From: Scyliorhinus canicula
Taxonomy: Eukaryota
Length of the DNA: 64,000 nucleotides
Direction of reading: 5' to 3'
Assembly: GCF_902713615.1 (NCBI RefSeq)
Contig: NC_052157.1
Span: 5,572,327-5,636,326 of the forward strand
Made by a program: the position numbers and the translations under genes. Positions within the stretch are counted from its first letter, which is position 1; the number at the start of each line of letters is the position of its first letter. Shown here piece by piece: positions 11,624 to 24,261 of this stretch. Below the pieces are notes generated by a model that worked only from the letters and a program-made list of their open reading frames with translations, did not search any database and was not told the origin of the DNA.

Positions 11624-12396
11624 GGACGAGGGGCCCATGGCAAGGAGATACGTCATGCCGACGGGGGGGTGGGGAGGGGCGAGGCAAAGCCAGCCCCCTC
11701 CCCCCTGGCAGGAGCACCCAGGAAAAACAACCCAATGCCCAAGGGCCCGCTCCAGGTGGGAGGCCAGGCCCCGGCACGAGGGAACGGGAGTACTGGAGAG
11801 GGGAGAGGGGAAGGGGGACAGCAACCTCCGAGCGGGGAGCCACCGTGCTAGCAGGAAAGCTAGCGAAGGGGACGCGCAACAGAGCAGGGCCGCAGCGCAC
11901 CCCCAACAGGGGGGAAGGCGCCAGGCAGGGGAGGGGGGGGATCACCCATCAAAGGTGGGAGAGCAAATGGGGACAGGAATGGGGGAGAGAGGGGCAATGG
12001 AGGGGTACACAGGGGTATCCCCGAAAGGGATAGAGTGGGGGGGGGGGGGGGCACTCGGGGGGCGAGAGACCAGGGAGGGGAAATGCAGGGACGAAGGGAC
12101 AAAAGAGGCCAGAAAGGGAATAGGGCCACAAAGTGCCACAGACAAGGGCTCGAAACAGGGAACTGCTGCAAACACCCACCCAGTACGGTCTGTGGGTGAA
12201 GGGGCCCCCCGGAGTGCAGGGGGCTACCCGCGTGGCGGACACACAGTGGACGGCCATGGCGGGTGTCCCCGGGACAAGGGGGAACCCCGGAGCGCAGGGA
12301 CCCGACCGCATGGGGAGAGCAGTGATAGTGGACATCCTGGACGGCCCCCTAACAAAGGGAAACCCCAGAGGGCAGGGGCGCGTCCACCGGACAAAT

Positions 12397-15300
12397 ATGG
12401 TTAACCCCACAGGAGCAAGGGGGCAGAAGCCCCCCACCAGAATAGTCACCTGGAACGTAAGGGGACTTAATGGCCCAGTGAAGAGATCTAGAGTCCTCAC
12501 CCACCTTAGAAACATGAGGGCCGACATAGTCTTCCTCCAAGAGACGCACTTGAGGGAGCAGGACCAACTGCGGGTAAGAAAGGGCTGGGTGGGACAAACC
12601 TATCATTCCTGTTATGGGGCAAGGGCCAGGGGGGTGGCGATCCTGATTGGCAAGAGGACAATGTTTAGGGCGACAAAGACGGTTACGGACCCAGGGGGAC
12701 GGTATGTCATGGTCAGCGGGGCCCTGGATGGGGCGCCGGTAGTCCTAGTTAACGTGTATGCGCCCAACTGGGACGACACGAGCTTCATCCAAAAGACCAT
12801 GGCAGAAATCCCGGACATAGCGACGCACCGACTAATCATGGGGGGGGACTTCAACTGTGTACAGGACCCAACGACGGACAGATCAAACCCCAGAACGGGG
12901 AAAACCTCAAACATGGCAAGGGAACTCAGTCACTATATGGAGCAGATGGGAGCAGTAGACCCCTGGAGATTCGCCCACCCGGGGGAGAAAGAATTCTCTT
13001 TCTTCTCCCCAGTACACAACGTGTACACCAGAATTGACTTCTTTGTGGTGGGGAAAACGGTGCTTCCAGAGATAGACAAGGTGGAATACTCCGCAATTGT
13101 GATATCAGACCACGCCCCACACTACATGGATGTGCGGCTAGAGACGGGAAGGGCCCAGCGCCCCAAATGGAGGTTGGACGGTGCCTTACTAGCTGACAAG
13201 GCCTTCAGCGAAAGGATAGCGCGGGCCATAGCGGAGTACACTGAGATCAACCAAAACGGGGAGGTCTCACCCTCCACGTTCTGGGAAGCGCTTAAGGCCG
13301 TACTAAGAGGGGAAATCATAGCCTACAAAGCGCAAAGAGATAGGGAGGAAAGGGTGGCTAGGCAGAAGCTGGTCGACTCCATACTGGAGGTAGACCATAA
13401 ATACTCCGAGGCCCCGACCGTAGAACTCCTGGCGGAGAGGAAAGAATTACAAAGGAACTTTGACCTGCTCTCCACCAGGAAAGCAGTACACCAACTCCGC
13501 CAGGCACGCGGGGCCCTATACGAACACGGAGACAAAGCCAGCCGCCTGTTGGCCCACCAGCTGAGAAAGCAGGCAGCCAGCAGAGAAATTGCGCAAATCA
13601 GAGATACCAGAGGCACGTTGGAAACAGAACCAGAGAGGATTAACAAAACCTTCAAGGCCTTCTACCAAGAGCTGTACACCTCAGAGCCCCCAACGGGGAA
13701 GGCTGGGATGAACCGGTTTCTTGACGGACTGGACATACCAGTTGTGGGAGAGGGCAGAAAACGGGATCTGGAAGCACCACTAGCACTGGGAGAGATCATG
13801 GACAGCATTAGCTCCATGCAGGCGGGGAAGGCGCCGGGACCGGACGGATTCCCGGCGGACTTCTACAAAAAATTTGCGACAGCGCTGGCCCCGCACCTGC
13901 GGGAGATGTTCACAGACTCGCTAGCTAGGGGCACATTGCCACCCACGTTAGCACAGGCCTCAATCTCGCTGATACCTAAGAAAGACAAAGACCCAACGGA
14001 ATGTGGGTCATACAGACCCATATCTCTGCTGAATGCAGACGCCAAAATACTGGCCAAAATCCTAGCCAAGAGGCTAGAAGACTGTGTACCTGAGGTGGTC
14101 ACAGAGGACCAGACGGGCTTTGTCAAAGGTAGACAGCTTACCGCGAACATCAGGCGCCTGCTGAACGTGATAATGACCCCCTCCGGGGAGAGAACACAAG
14201 AGGTGATCGTCTCCCTGGACGCAGAAAAGGCCTTCGACAGAGTCGAGTGGAAATACCTCATAGAGGTACTGGAGCGGTTCGGGCTTGGAACAGGGTTCAC
14301 CGCTTGGGTAAAGCTCCTGTACAACGCTCCCATGGCGAGTGTACAGACCAACAATACCAACTCCCAATACTTCCAGCTGCACAGGGGCACCAGACAAGGA
14401 TGCCCACTGTCCCCGCTGCTGTTCGCACTAGCAATTGAACCGCTAGCAATCGCGCTCAGGGCAGCAAAAATTGGAGGGGGATCCGAAGGGGAGGTAGAGA
14501 GCACAGAGTCTCACTCTATGCGGATGATCTGCTCCTCTATATCTCGGACCCACAAAGCAGCATGGACGGAATCATCGCGCTCCTGAAAGAGTTTGGAGCC
14601 TTCTCGGGCTACAAACTCAACATGAGCAAAAGTGAGATCTTCCCAGTACACCCGCAAGGGGGGGGGGGGGGGGGGGGGGGGCAGCACTAAAGGGGCTGCC
14701 GTTCAATCAAGCCCGACATAAATTCCGCTACCTGGGGATCCAAATAGCCCATGACTGGAAAGGGATCCACAAATGGAACCTCACCAGCCTGACGGAGGAA
14801 GTTAAAAAGGACCTGCAAAGATGGAACACACTCCCGCTCTCCCTCGCGGGGAGAGTTCAGACGATCAAAATGAACGTACTGCCCAGGTTCCTCTTCCTGT
14901 TTAGATCCATTCCGATCTACATCCCCAAGGCCTTTTTCAAAGCGCTGGACAAACTCATCATGGCGTTCGTATGGGGGGGTAAAAATGCTAGGATCCCAAA
15001 GAAGGTCTTACAAAAAACAAAAACCAGGGGAGGGCTAGCCCTCCCGAATCTACAATTCTACCACTGGGCAGCAACAGCCGAGCGAGTAAGGGGATGGATC
15101 CAGGAGCCAGAGGCTGAGTGGGTGCGTGCGGAGGAGGCCTCCTGCATGGGAACCTCCCTCCGGGCCCTCGCCACGGCAGCACTCCCATCCCCACCCAAAA
15201 AACACTCCAGCAGCCCAGTGGTGACAGCCACCCTCCAATCCTGGAACCAACTGCGGCAGCAACTTGGCCTGACCAAAATGTCGAACAGGGCTCCCATCTG

Positions 15301-16234
15301 CAACAACCATAGGTTCACACCAGCACTGACTGACGCCACCTTCAAAAGGTGGAGGCAGGACGGGGGGACACTGACAGTCAGGGACCTATACACGGACGAC
15401 AGGATCGCAACACTGGACGAACTGACAGAGAAGTTTCAGCTAGCTGGGGGGAACGAGCTACGGTACCTGCAGCTCAAAAACTTCCTACGAAAGGAGACAA
15501 GGACGTACCCACAACCGCCACGACAGACACTACTGGAAGACCTACTGGACGCAAGTATCCTAGAGAAAGGGAACTGTAGTGACATGTATGACCGACTGGT
15601 AGATAGGGACGACACCGTACTGGACGCAACAAGAAGGAAATGGGAGGACGACCTGGGGATGGAGATAGGGTGGGGACTCTGGAGCGAAGCACTGCATAGG
15701 GTCAACTCCACCTCCACGTGCGCAAGGCTCAGCCTGACGCAACTAAAAGTGGTACATAGAGCCCACTTAACAAGAACCCGTATGAGTAGGTTCTTCCCGG
15801 AGGTGGAAGACAGATGTGAACGGTGCCAAAGAGGCCCGGCCAACCACGCCCACATGTTCTGGTCTTGCCCCAGACTCGTGGAGTACTGGACAGCCTTCTT
15901 CGAGGTTATGTCCAAAGTGGTGGGAGTGAGGGTGGAGCCATGCCCGATAGTGGCGGTCTTCGGGGTTTCAGAACAGCCAGATCTATTCCTGGGGAGGAGG
16001 GCGGACGCCCTTGCCTTTGCCTCCCTGATCGCCCGCCGTAGAATCCTGTTTGGCTGGCGGTCAGCAGCACCGCCCAGAGCTGCGGACTGGCTGTCCGACC
16101 TCTCGGAATCTCTCCAAATGGAGAAAATCAAATTTGCCATCCGAGGGTCGGACGACGGCTTCCACAGAACGTGGGAGCCATTCATGCAACTGTTCCGGGA
16201 CCTATTTGTGGCCAATGTACAAGAGGAAGAATAG
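12397..16234 (+). CDS. L1 ORF2p (APE endonuclease, reverse transcriptase, CCHC knuckle), two homopolymer frameshifts
   Basis: TWNVRGLN, LQETH, GGDFN, RIDF, SDH; KAPGPDG, YRPISLLN, LDAEKAFD, RQGCPLSP; YADD in shifted frame at about 14517; CERC..HMFWSC. Frame breaks at the A5 run (14466-14470) and the G24 run (14658-14681). Start codon inferred. Confidence 0.9.
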
Positions 16235-16688
16235 TCGGGGGAAGGTAGCGGGAGGGGGGGGGGGGGGGGGGGCTACAGGTTCGGTACGGGGGTTCGATGG
16301 CTAGCTAAGGCCCAAAACCAAACTAAATAAACATGTTGAGGGGGGGGGGGGGGGGGGGGGGGGCGGGCGCAGTTACTACTACGAAGATGCTTACCTGTAA
16401 ATATGTATGTTAATTTTTGCGTGTTTGTTTGTTGTTTTTTTTTTGTTCTTTTTCTCTCCTAACAATTTGTAATTTGTTCAATATAAAATATGAAAACTGA
16501 ATAAAAACATTTATAAAAAAAAATCTTACTTACACCATCCAAAAGGGAACTCGGACATATTTTTCTTAGTATTGTGGGAGCTGTAAATTTATTCCAATGA
16601 AGATTTTTTGCTTTTAGTTGCATTTGGATAAAAGAACAATGTTAATAATTATTAACCAGTTGGCTTGAGAAGAGTATAATGCTGGTAC

Positions 16689-16837
16689 CTTTGAGAGCTC
16701 ATACAAGCTAAGGACTTGACGGCAATAACTCTTTCCGTGGTGGCACTCATTTGTGAGGATTTTCAGATCCTTAACAACCTGGTCTTTAACATTGTCTTCT
16801 TCTGGATACAGTGCGAATGATGAGGCTATACTGCTCA
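16689..16837 (-). CDS. SPG11: spatacsin coding exon (approx. human exon 31)
   Basis: SSIASSFALYPEEDNVKDQVVKDLKILTNECHHGKSYCRQVLSLYELSK (cf. KCLHGKNYCRQVLCLYDLAK); cag|TG and AAG|gtacc; 149 nt. Confidence 0.93.
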
Positions 16838-17027
16838 CTGAGGGAGGGAAAAAAAGTGATTGCTTAGCCAGGTGCATAACAAGTGTGGGAACATGATATG
16901 AATTTGTACTTAAAATTGTAAAGTTAAACACTTGGGCGGCATCACTCAGTCCAGCATCAGGTTGATGCATCTTTGACAATCAAACTAAAAACAGAAAGGA
17001 CTATAGAAAGCAATACAATATGCACAC

Positions 17028-17708
17028 TGTCATGAGTGTCCATCTAAGAAAGGTTTTGTTTGACCACATGACTTGTAGCACGGCTTCAGTGATGTCATTT
17101 ATGGGTGGAGCTGGGCTGTGGCTGTCGGGTGAGAGGGGGTTTAGTGTTTGGGTTTCAGTTTCGGTTTGTTGCTTTGGACTGAAGAGAAGCAGTTTCCCGG
17201 TTTTCATTTGAAAGCTGTTCCAGGGAACTGAAAGCACATTGGGTGTGGTAAACTGTCTTGGTAACTTTAAAGATAGAGTTGCTTTCCGGAAGGAGTTTTG
17301 AATCTGCTGGTTGGAACTGGATCAGAATCTCAGGGAAAGAACCAGTCTCATTCAAGTGGGATTGCAGTGTGCTGGGCCACACCCTTGAAAGGGGTTTTGG
17401 TTTATTGGATTTTGTTATTGAATTGGAACAGCCAAGGGGGATTCATTAAGAGTTATATACATAGATTACTGTAGCTGTTGTGTTTTTTTTCACGTTTGTA
17501 ATTGATATCAAATTCTTGATCAGCGTTTTATGTATGTTAACTACATTCTTATAATAAACTTTGTTTTGATAAAAGTGCCGAGGAGGTTTGATGAATCACA
17601 GCTGAAGTGAAGGCTCGTGTGCTCATCCTAGCCAAATTCAACACAACAGTTATAGGTCAGGTGAGCTTCATAATACACTTTGGAGTTTCTACGCCCTGGC
17701 CCACAACA
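17028..17708 (+). mobile_element. probable solo LTR
   Basis: Begins tgtcatgag and ends cccacaaca (TG...CA), internal aataaa at about 17553; flanks acac/acca give no clean TSD. Confidence 0.55.
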
Positions 17709-18311
17709 ACCAGACAAACTGAACCATCATCTTCTGCTGACAAGGACTCATGCCGATAATATGCTTCAACCCAAACCTCGGAAGGGAGTCGCTCATCCCC
17801 TTTGCCTTTATGACATTTTCCACAACAGCCATGTAACAAGACAGCAAAACCTTCTTCTCTGGCAAGATGGGCTGAAAACCAATAAGAGTTTTCAACCAAA
17901 AACTAGTCCACTGTTCTCGCTCTCGGAACTGTCACAATGAGGCAATGTCTTTGGAATTTAGGAAATGCTGGAAAGCAGCATTTTCCCAGAGCACAAGTAG
18001 AACTCTCAAGGTTAGGGTTCCCAATACTGCTTTTGGCTATCTATGAAGTCATGTACCCAGCGATAATGATTAGTAGCTAGCTGGTAACTACAGGGGAATG
18101 ACCTTGCGGACAGTTACTCTCTCAATGATCAACAGTAATGAGCATGGCATCATTTAGTAGGCTGTTGATGATTAATGACCCTTTTGTGTGCAAAATAAAC
18201 ACAGGTGATTATTTAACACCTCACGTAATCCAAGTTAAGATTTTCTTTATTATCTTTACTATCTACACAAAACTTTATATTTAAGAGACCTCTTAAGAGT
18301 GACAATAAACA

Positions 18312-18488
18312 GGCAGCATGGTGGTGCAGTGGTTAGCACTGCTGCTTCACGGCACCAAGGACCCGGGACAGTGTGTGGAGTTTGCACATTCTCCTCGTTT
18401 CTACGTGTGTCTCGCCCCCACAACCCAAAGATGTGGTCGGTGGATTGGCCACGATAAATTGCCCCTTAATTGGACTTTTATTTTAAAA
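18312..18488 (+). mobile_element. V-SINE, short A/T-tailed variant with TSD
   Basis: TSD agtgacaataaaca at 18298-18311 and 18489-18502. Confidence 0.85.
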
Positions 18489-19026
18489 AGTGACAATAAA
18501 CAACACTGTTCACGATTCATCTGCAGCCACAGGAAACAATAAATAAATATATGTAATTAAATCAAAGACTTATGCTTTTGGTTAATAAAAGTTACATGAA
18601 ATGGACCAATCTGTAAGTAATGCATTAAAGATGGAGTAAAATGGTTATTTTTAGTTTCCGGATATGGAACTGTTCCAACCTCAAATCAGGTAAAGCACAG
18701 CCAGATGCAAAGTAAAGCTCCCTCCACTACAACAGCATCAGCAATGAGGGTGGTCAGTTTAAAAAAAATCATTTATATGTTGTGGGTGTTGCTGGCCAGG
18801 TCAGTGTTTGTTGCCTATCTCTAATTGCCCTCAAGAAGGAGGCGATGAGCTGCCTTCGTGGACCGTTGCAGTCCACGCGGTGTAGGCACACCCACTGGTT
18901 TAATTAGATTGTGAGATGGTGTTTCCTTCATCTTTCACTCCCACTCTATTTCTCTCTCTCTTTCTAGATGTTTCTCATTTTTCGCGTTCTCGCGTCTTTT
19001 GCTCTCGCCCTCTGTCTCCCCCACGC

Positions 19027-19325
19027 CAGCACAGTAGTTAGCACTAATGCTTCTCAGCGCCAGGGTCCCGGGTTCAATTCCCGGCTTGGGTCACTGTCTG
19101 TGCGGAGTCTGCACGTTCTCCCAGTGACTGCGTGGGTTTCCTCCGGGTGCTCCGGTTTCCTCCCACAGTCCAAAGATGTACAGGTTAGGTGGATTGGCCA
19201 TGCTAAATTGACCCGCAGTGTCCAAAAAGGTGAGGTGGGGTTAGAGTGAAAGTAGGGTGCTCTTTCCAAGGGCCGGTGCAGGCTCAATGGGCCGAATGGC
19301 CTCCTTCTGCACTGTAAATTCTATG
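19027..19325 (+). mobile_element. V-SINE (HE1-like) with CR1-type tail
   Basis: Head, core and tail ..gggccgaatggcctccttctgcactgtaaattctatg. Confidence 0.85.
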
Positions 19326-19328
19326 TAC

Positions 19329-19434
19329 AGAGTTCAATAAAACTGTAAAACTTTCAAGTGCCAGTTAACAGTCTTCATGGGATGCAGAACTCCCATAGGA
19401 TTCTCAAAACCAAGATATTGGCTTCTGCTGAGAG
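19329..19434 (-). pseudogene. decayed duplicate of SPG11 exon/intron junction (copy of about 7393-7510)
   Basis: Exact 20-mer gcagaactcccataggattc and 15-mer ttggcttctgctgag shared, with collinear flanking similarity; 12 nt containing the donor are missing. Confidence 0.8.
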
Positions 19435-19616
19435 TAATGGAACAATACATTTCCAAGTCAGAATGATGTGTGACTTGGAGGGTATTTAACCATAGAATTT
19501 ACAGTGCAGAAGGAGGCCATTCAGCCCATCGAACTGATCTTCCAGGTGGTGGTGTATCTTCTCCCCTTGTCATCCTAGGTGCTAGTGGTTGCGGGTTTGG
19601 AAGGTGCTGCCGAAGG

Positions 19617-20890
19617 CAGTCATTTTCAAACACAGGGTCACGACCTGCGGGTGGGTGTTGGGAGGCTTGCGGAGCTATTGGTCGCATCATTCCTGACCGC
19701 AGGAATAGGTGCCCAACGGTCGTGACCGGCTTTAAAAAATACCGGCCGTCCCACACATGCGGGGCCCCTCAGCCGGATCTAGCAGTGTGCAGGCACAGAG
19801 ACCATCTCCTCCTTACGTCAGTGCACTGCACTGTCCCAGGACCAGATTTGTTTAAAACTCGATGGAGCCATCCTGCCAGAAGGGGCAGCAGAGAGAAGAT
19901 CTTGCGCCCTATACACTGACGTCGTATGCTCTGCACGTGCAATCACGGAGGATAGATTCATTTTGTAGCTTCCAGCAAGTAAGCAACAGGCCGGTGTGAA
20001 GAACTGAAGATGGATGATTTTGTAATAAAAGGAAAAGAGGGCCAGAGATCTCCCAATTGAATCTGCTGGAGAGAGCTTCTCAGGAGTCTCCACAGCAGAA
20101 AAAAAAACAGTGCTGGTCAACTGTATGCAGAGCTCTGCTGAACAAACAATTCAGAAGAAACTGAAATCGGGACTAAAGCAATATAAAGATGATTTCTTGA
20201 GGTGTGGCATTGTTAATTTTGCCAATGCAAATCAGGATGCAAAGCCCATGAGTGTTATATACAGGGAAATACTGGCAAATTAAAGTTTAAAACCTTCAAA
20301 ACCTCAAAGGTATTTGAAGAGTATTTGGGCAGCACGGTAGAACAGTGGGTAGCACTGTTGCTTCTCAGCTCCAGGGTCCCAGGTTCGATTCCCAGCTTGG
20401 GTCACTGTCTGTGCGGAGTCTGCACATTCTCCCCGTGTCTGCGTGGGTTTCCTCCGGGTCCTCCGGTTTCCTCCCACAAGTCCCGAAAGACGTGCTGTTA
20501 GGTGAATTGGAAAAACTGAATTCTCCCTCCGTGTACCTGAACAGGCGCCGGAATGTTGCGAGTAGGGGCTTTTCACAGTAACTTCATTGCAGTGTTACTG
20601 TAAGCCGACTTGTGACAATGAAGATTATTATTATTATAAGACGAGGCATGGCAATTTCTAGGATAAACCTCTTGATTTTTTCAAAGGATGCAACGAGAAC
20701 TTAAACTGCCAGCTGAAGTCCTGAGCAGAAATGTGACACTGAATGACAAAAGCAAGTGAGATCATGAGGACCAAGCAGGTTCATCCGTCGCATTAAAGGT
20801 AAGCAAAATGGTGCATGGGCCGCGACGGCCAGGCGGCGTGGGCCGCGACGGCCAGGGTCATGAACGTCAGCCGGCGTGGGCTGCACATTC
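19617..20890 (+). mobile_element. decayed hAT/Charlie-type transposon with transposase N-terminal remnant, interrupted by a SINE
   Basis: About 20177-20690 translates KQYKDDFLRCG..KPMSVIYREILAN*SLKPSKPQRYLK//RHGNF*DKPLDFF, resembling the BED-like N-terminus of ZBED5/SCAND3/Charlie transposases; outer boundaries approximate. Confidence 0.6.
20327..20637 (+). mobile_element. V-SINE with (ATT)n-ending tail
   Basis: Complete head, core and tail, ending gattattattattat. Confidence 0.88.
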
Positions 20891-21766
20891 AAAACACTTC
20901 CAACCCTGTCTTAAGTCCCATTCCTCATCACCCCTGTGCTCACTAAACTACAGTGGCTCCCTGTCAAGTAACATCTTGATTTCAAAATTCTCATCCTCCT
21001 TTTAATTGCCTCCATGGTGTCACCCCCTACCCATCTTTGTAATCTTCTCCAGCTTCACACCCGCAGTTATCACCATTCCTCTAATTCAGGCCTTTTGCAC
21101 ATTCACAATTTTATTCACCATCATTGGTGGAAACACCTTCTGTTGTCACGGCTCTGGATTTCCCTCACGATACCTCTCCGCCTCACTATCTCATTCCCTC
21201 CATTAATACACTGCTTAAAGCCTACCGCTGACCAGGATTTTGGTAATCTGATCTAATATCTGTTTTTTTGTGGTTCACTGACGTGCTTAGTTTCATTACA
21301 TTTCTGAGGAATGCCTTTGGACTTTTTATTATTTTTGAAGTGCTCCATAAATTAGCAGTTGTTGTTAACCTCACCGCACACCCAAACTGAATGTCACACA
21401 GGGTGAACAAACCAAAATCACAACATGTTGTGGCACAGACTTGGAGCAGTTCGACCTGCTGCACCATTGGCTTTCCTCTGTACATTTTCCGTCTTGGTTT
21501 ATCTATTGCTGATATGCAAATTTATTTTGTCAGGTTCTAGAATGGTCCACTGAAAAATGGTGGTGGAAGCTGATCACATATATCATTTTAGAAAGATAGG
21601 TACTTAAAGGAGAACAATTCACAGGGTAATGGATAAAAAGGCAGGGGTGTGGGACTAAGCACGAGTGCTCTGAAGAACCAGCGCAAGTATATAGGCAAAA
21701 TGATCAGCTGCTGTGCTGTAAGTTTCTACAATTGTATTTGGAAGAAGTACAAATAAACCAACTTAC

Positions 21767-22526
21767 AACTTGGAATCCTTTTTCGATGGAGTCCTATCTC
21801 TTCATTAAAAGATGCTCCTGTAGTCAAGACGATCTGTATCGAGGGGTGAAAATCCGCTGTCTGTAATTCTCCTGAAGCCAAGGCTCTGCAGTGGAGAACT
21901 AGAGATATATCCTGGTTGTAGAATTCAAAATACCTAGAGACTCTACTGGCTTCATGAATGCAGCCTCTGTCTAATAACTCGCCAATCAAAATAGTGAGAG
22001 CCTCTTTCGCTGTTTTGTCTAGTCTACAGTTGGAAGCGGTGTCCTTGTTTGGAAATCCTTGCAGCTTGAGGTACTGTGACGAGTTCAGGGCAGGCAGTTT
22101 TGAGAACAGGAACTCTTTGGTGGCACTATCAAAGGATATTTCACCACAGACTGAAACCTGCCAAGCAAATCCTGAAGCTGTGGACATCAGCAAAGCCTGC
22201 TGACTGATGCGACACAACCAAATCCTCTTCTCCACCTCTTCCAATTCATCCAGGGTGGGAGGATTGTTTTGTGACAGCCAGTGGCCTGCCATGGTCAGCA
22301 ACAGACATCGCTCCTGAATGGTCTCCAATTGTTCTTTGAAAGATGAAGCCGGTTCTGATTTAATGGTTTGCTGGTCGTTGCCCTGGGCCAGGAAGAATTC
22401 TGAGGCAACTAAGTGGGATATTAAATTATTTTTGAAACAATTGTGGCATTTCTTCCAAAAATTTATCCTAGTTTCTTTTCTTTGCCATTGACCATGTTGC
22501 TTCAAACTTTGCAATTCTTGAGTAAC
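21767..22526 (-). CDS. SPG11: spatacsin large coding exon (approx. human exon 30)
   Basis: VTQELQSLKQHGQWQRKETRINFWKKC...LLLTMAGHWLSQ...IWLCRI...GCIHEASRVSRYFEFYNQDISLVLHCRALASGE; cag|GTT and T|gtaagt; 760 nt. Confidence 0.97.
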
Positions 22527-22749
22527 CTGTGAGGGGAAAAAGAAAGTAAATATCGGAGAAATAGGTAATAAATTAAAATTACTTTTCTGTATTAGGGTGC
22601 AAATCCCCCCTTTTCTGATTTTTCACCTCTTATTCTTAGATTATTGAGCCAAGGATCAATTGCAGATGAGAAAGAAAGGCGATCCATGCAAAATCTTCTG
22701 CCAGTCTGAACCAGTATTGCGAGGCGCACAAGAACAATCAGGCTATTAT

Positions 22750-22963
22750 TGATTTATTTTAAAAAAAATTTAGAGTACCCAATTCATTTTTTCCAATTAA
22801 GGGGCAATTTAGCCTGCACATCTTTGGGTTGTGGGGCGAAACCCACGCAAACACAGAGAGAATGTGCAAACTCCACACGGACAGTGACCCAGAGCCGGGA
22901 TTGAACCTGGGACCTCGGAGCTGTGAGGCAGCAGTGCTAACCACTGCATCACCGTGCTGCCCT
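22750..22963 (-). mobile_element. V-SINE, short A/T-tailed variant with TSD
   Basis: TSD aatcaggc(t/a)attat at 22736-22749 and 22964-22977. Confidence 0.85.
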
Positions 22964-23368
22964 AATCAGGCAATTATCGTCTTCCTTTTCCACAGAGAAA
23001 CACTGGTTTTCATTTTGCATTTTTCCTTGAGCAATGTATTGAACAATGGTAAATTTGTCAGTGCAAACAATCCAGAGCCAACAATTCTATAGTCCCTCCT
23101 TACCATGCTAACATTTTGTCACACTCAACTTGATGCTACAAATAATTGAGATTGCATCTCCCTTCTCTCACACAAAAATCTCAAGTTGAATTGATGTAGG
23201 GATTTTCGATTTGGAGCTGGATCTGAAAAAGGTTTCTGTTCATTCACTTTCAATCCTCCCTCCCCTTTTCAAAAAAAATATGCAGAGGTATTACAACAAT
23301 TAGGTAAAATTTTGCATACTTTATAGTTATCAACTCCCATAAAATATTTGTTAAATAACCAATATTAC

Positions 23369-23583
23369 CTCATGGATCACCAAGTGGTCGACCGGAAGCT
23401 GGGCGAGGTCAGCCACTTGTCTAGCTAAAGCAAAGAGCCCCTTCTTTTGCAGTTGGTCCAGAATTTTCCCACACACGTTTTGCAGGGTGTCGGTGTTGTC
23501 ATTAATGAGAAGGGAGCAATCAATGGAGATCGAGGTGTCTTGCAGGAGCTGACTAAGTCTGCTCAGTCTCTTGAAATCTGGTC
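23369..23583 (-). CDS. SPG11: spatacsin coding exon (approx. human exon 29)
   Basis: Not in ORF track. Reads (G)PDFKRLSRLSQLLQDTSISIDCSLLINDNTDTLQNVCGKILDQLQKKGLFALARQVADLAQLPVDHLVIHE; tag|GA and GAG|gtaat; 215 nt. Confidence 0.94.
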
Positions 23584-23801
23584 CTAGGTATAAAGGACAA
23601 ACTTTCAGATGCGCACCGGAATAAATATAAGCAAGAACATTTTAAAATTACATTAGTCTATACACCTGTAATCACAATGTTTGGAAAGGAAGAAAATAAT
23701 ATGGAACTAATTTCTCAACTTGAGAATTCACGAGCTTTTCCAAATCCTAGGTTGACACATCTGACCCTACCCATGCAGCTTGAAAACTCTTTTGCCATTC
23801 A

Positions 23802-24090
23802 TATTACTAATCTTTACTATTGTCACAAGTATGCTTGAAGTTACTGTGAAAAGCCCCTAGTCGCCACATTCTGACGCCTGTTCGAGTACAGAGAGAGAAT
23901 TCAGAATGTCCAATTCACCTAACAGCACGCCTTTCAGGACTTGAGGGAGGAAACCAGAGCACACGGAGAAAACCCACGCAGATGCAGGGAGAACGTGCAG
24001 ACTCCGCACAGACGGTGACCCAAGCCGGGAATCGAACCTGGGACCCTGGCGCTGTGAAGCAACAGAAACCACTGTGCTACCATCCCACCC
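23802..24090 (-). mobile_element. V-SINE with (ATT)n-type tail
   Basis: Reverse complement of the 20327 type. Confidence 0.82.
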
Positions 24091-24261
24091 AATTTACCAA
24101 GTAAGCAGACAACTAGATCTCATACTCACAGACTAATTGATTCTGAAAAAGGTGATTATCCAAGACTTTCTTTAAAAGGAACTGTGGAAGATGTCTTATT
24201 TGTTTTTCAAAAAGGTTGCTTTTCACTACAGAAAATCATTTCATAATCACTCATGTTTCTA

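Larger units (their letters stand above)
9418..16522 (+). mobile_element. full-length L1-clade LINE (7.1 kb), antisense to SPG11
   Basis: 14-bp TSD atcttacttacacc (9404-9417, 16523-16536); 5' gacttccgg; ORF1; ORF2 with APE, RT and CCHC; AATAAA plus A tail. Confidence 0.97.

Noticed and set aside
11499-12404. 301-aa ORF bridging ORF1 and ORF2 as a possible third L1 gene
   Set aside because: Low-complexity G/R-rich translation with no recognisable domain; expected by chance in T-poor sequence.
10537-16215. Long antisense ORFs within the L1 (235, 213 and 259 aa etc.)
   Set aside because: Shadow frames of the sense coding sequence.
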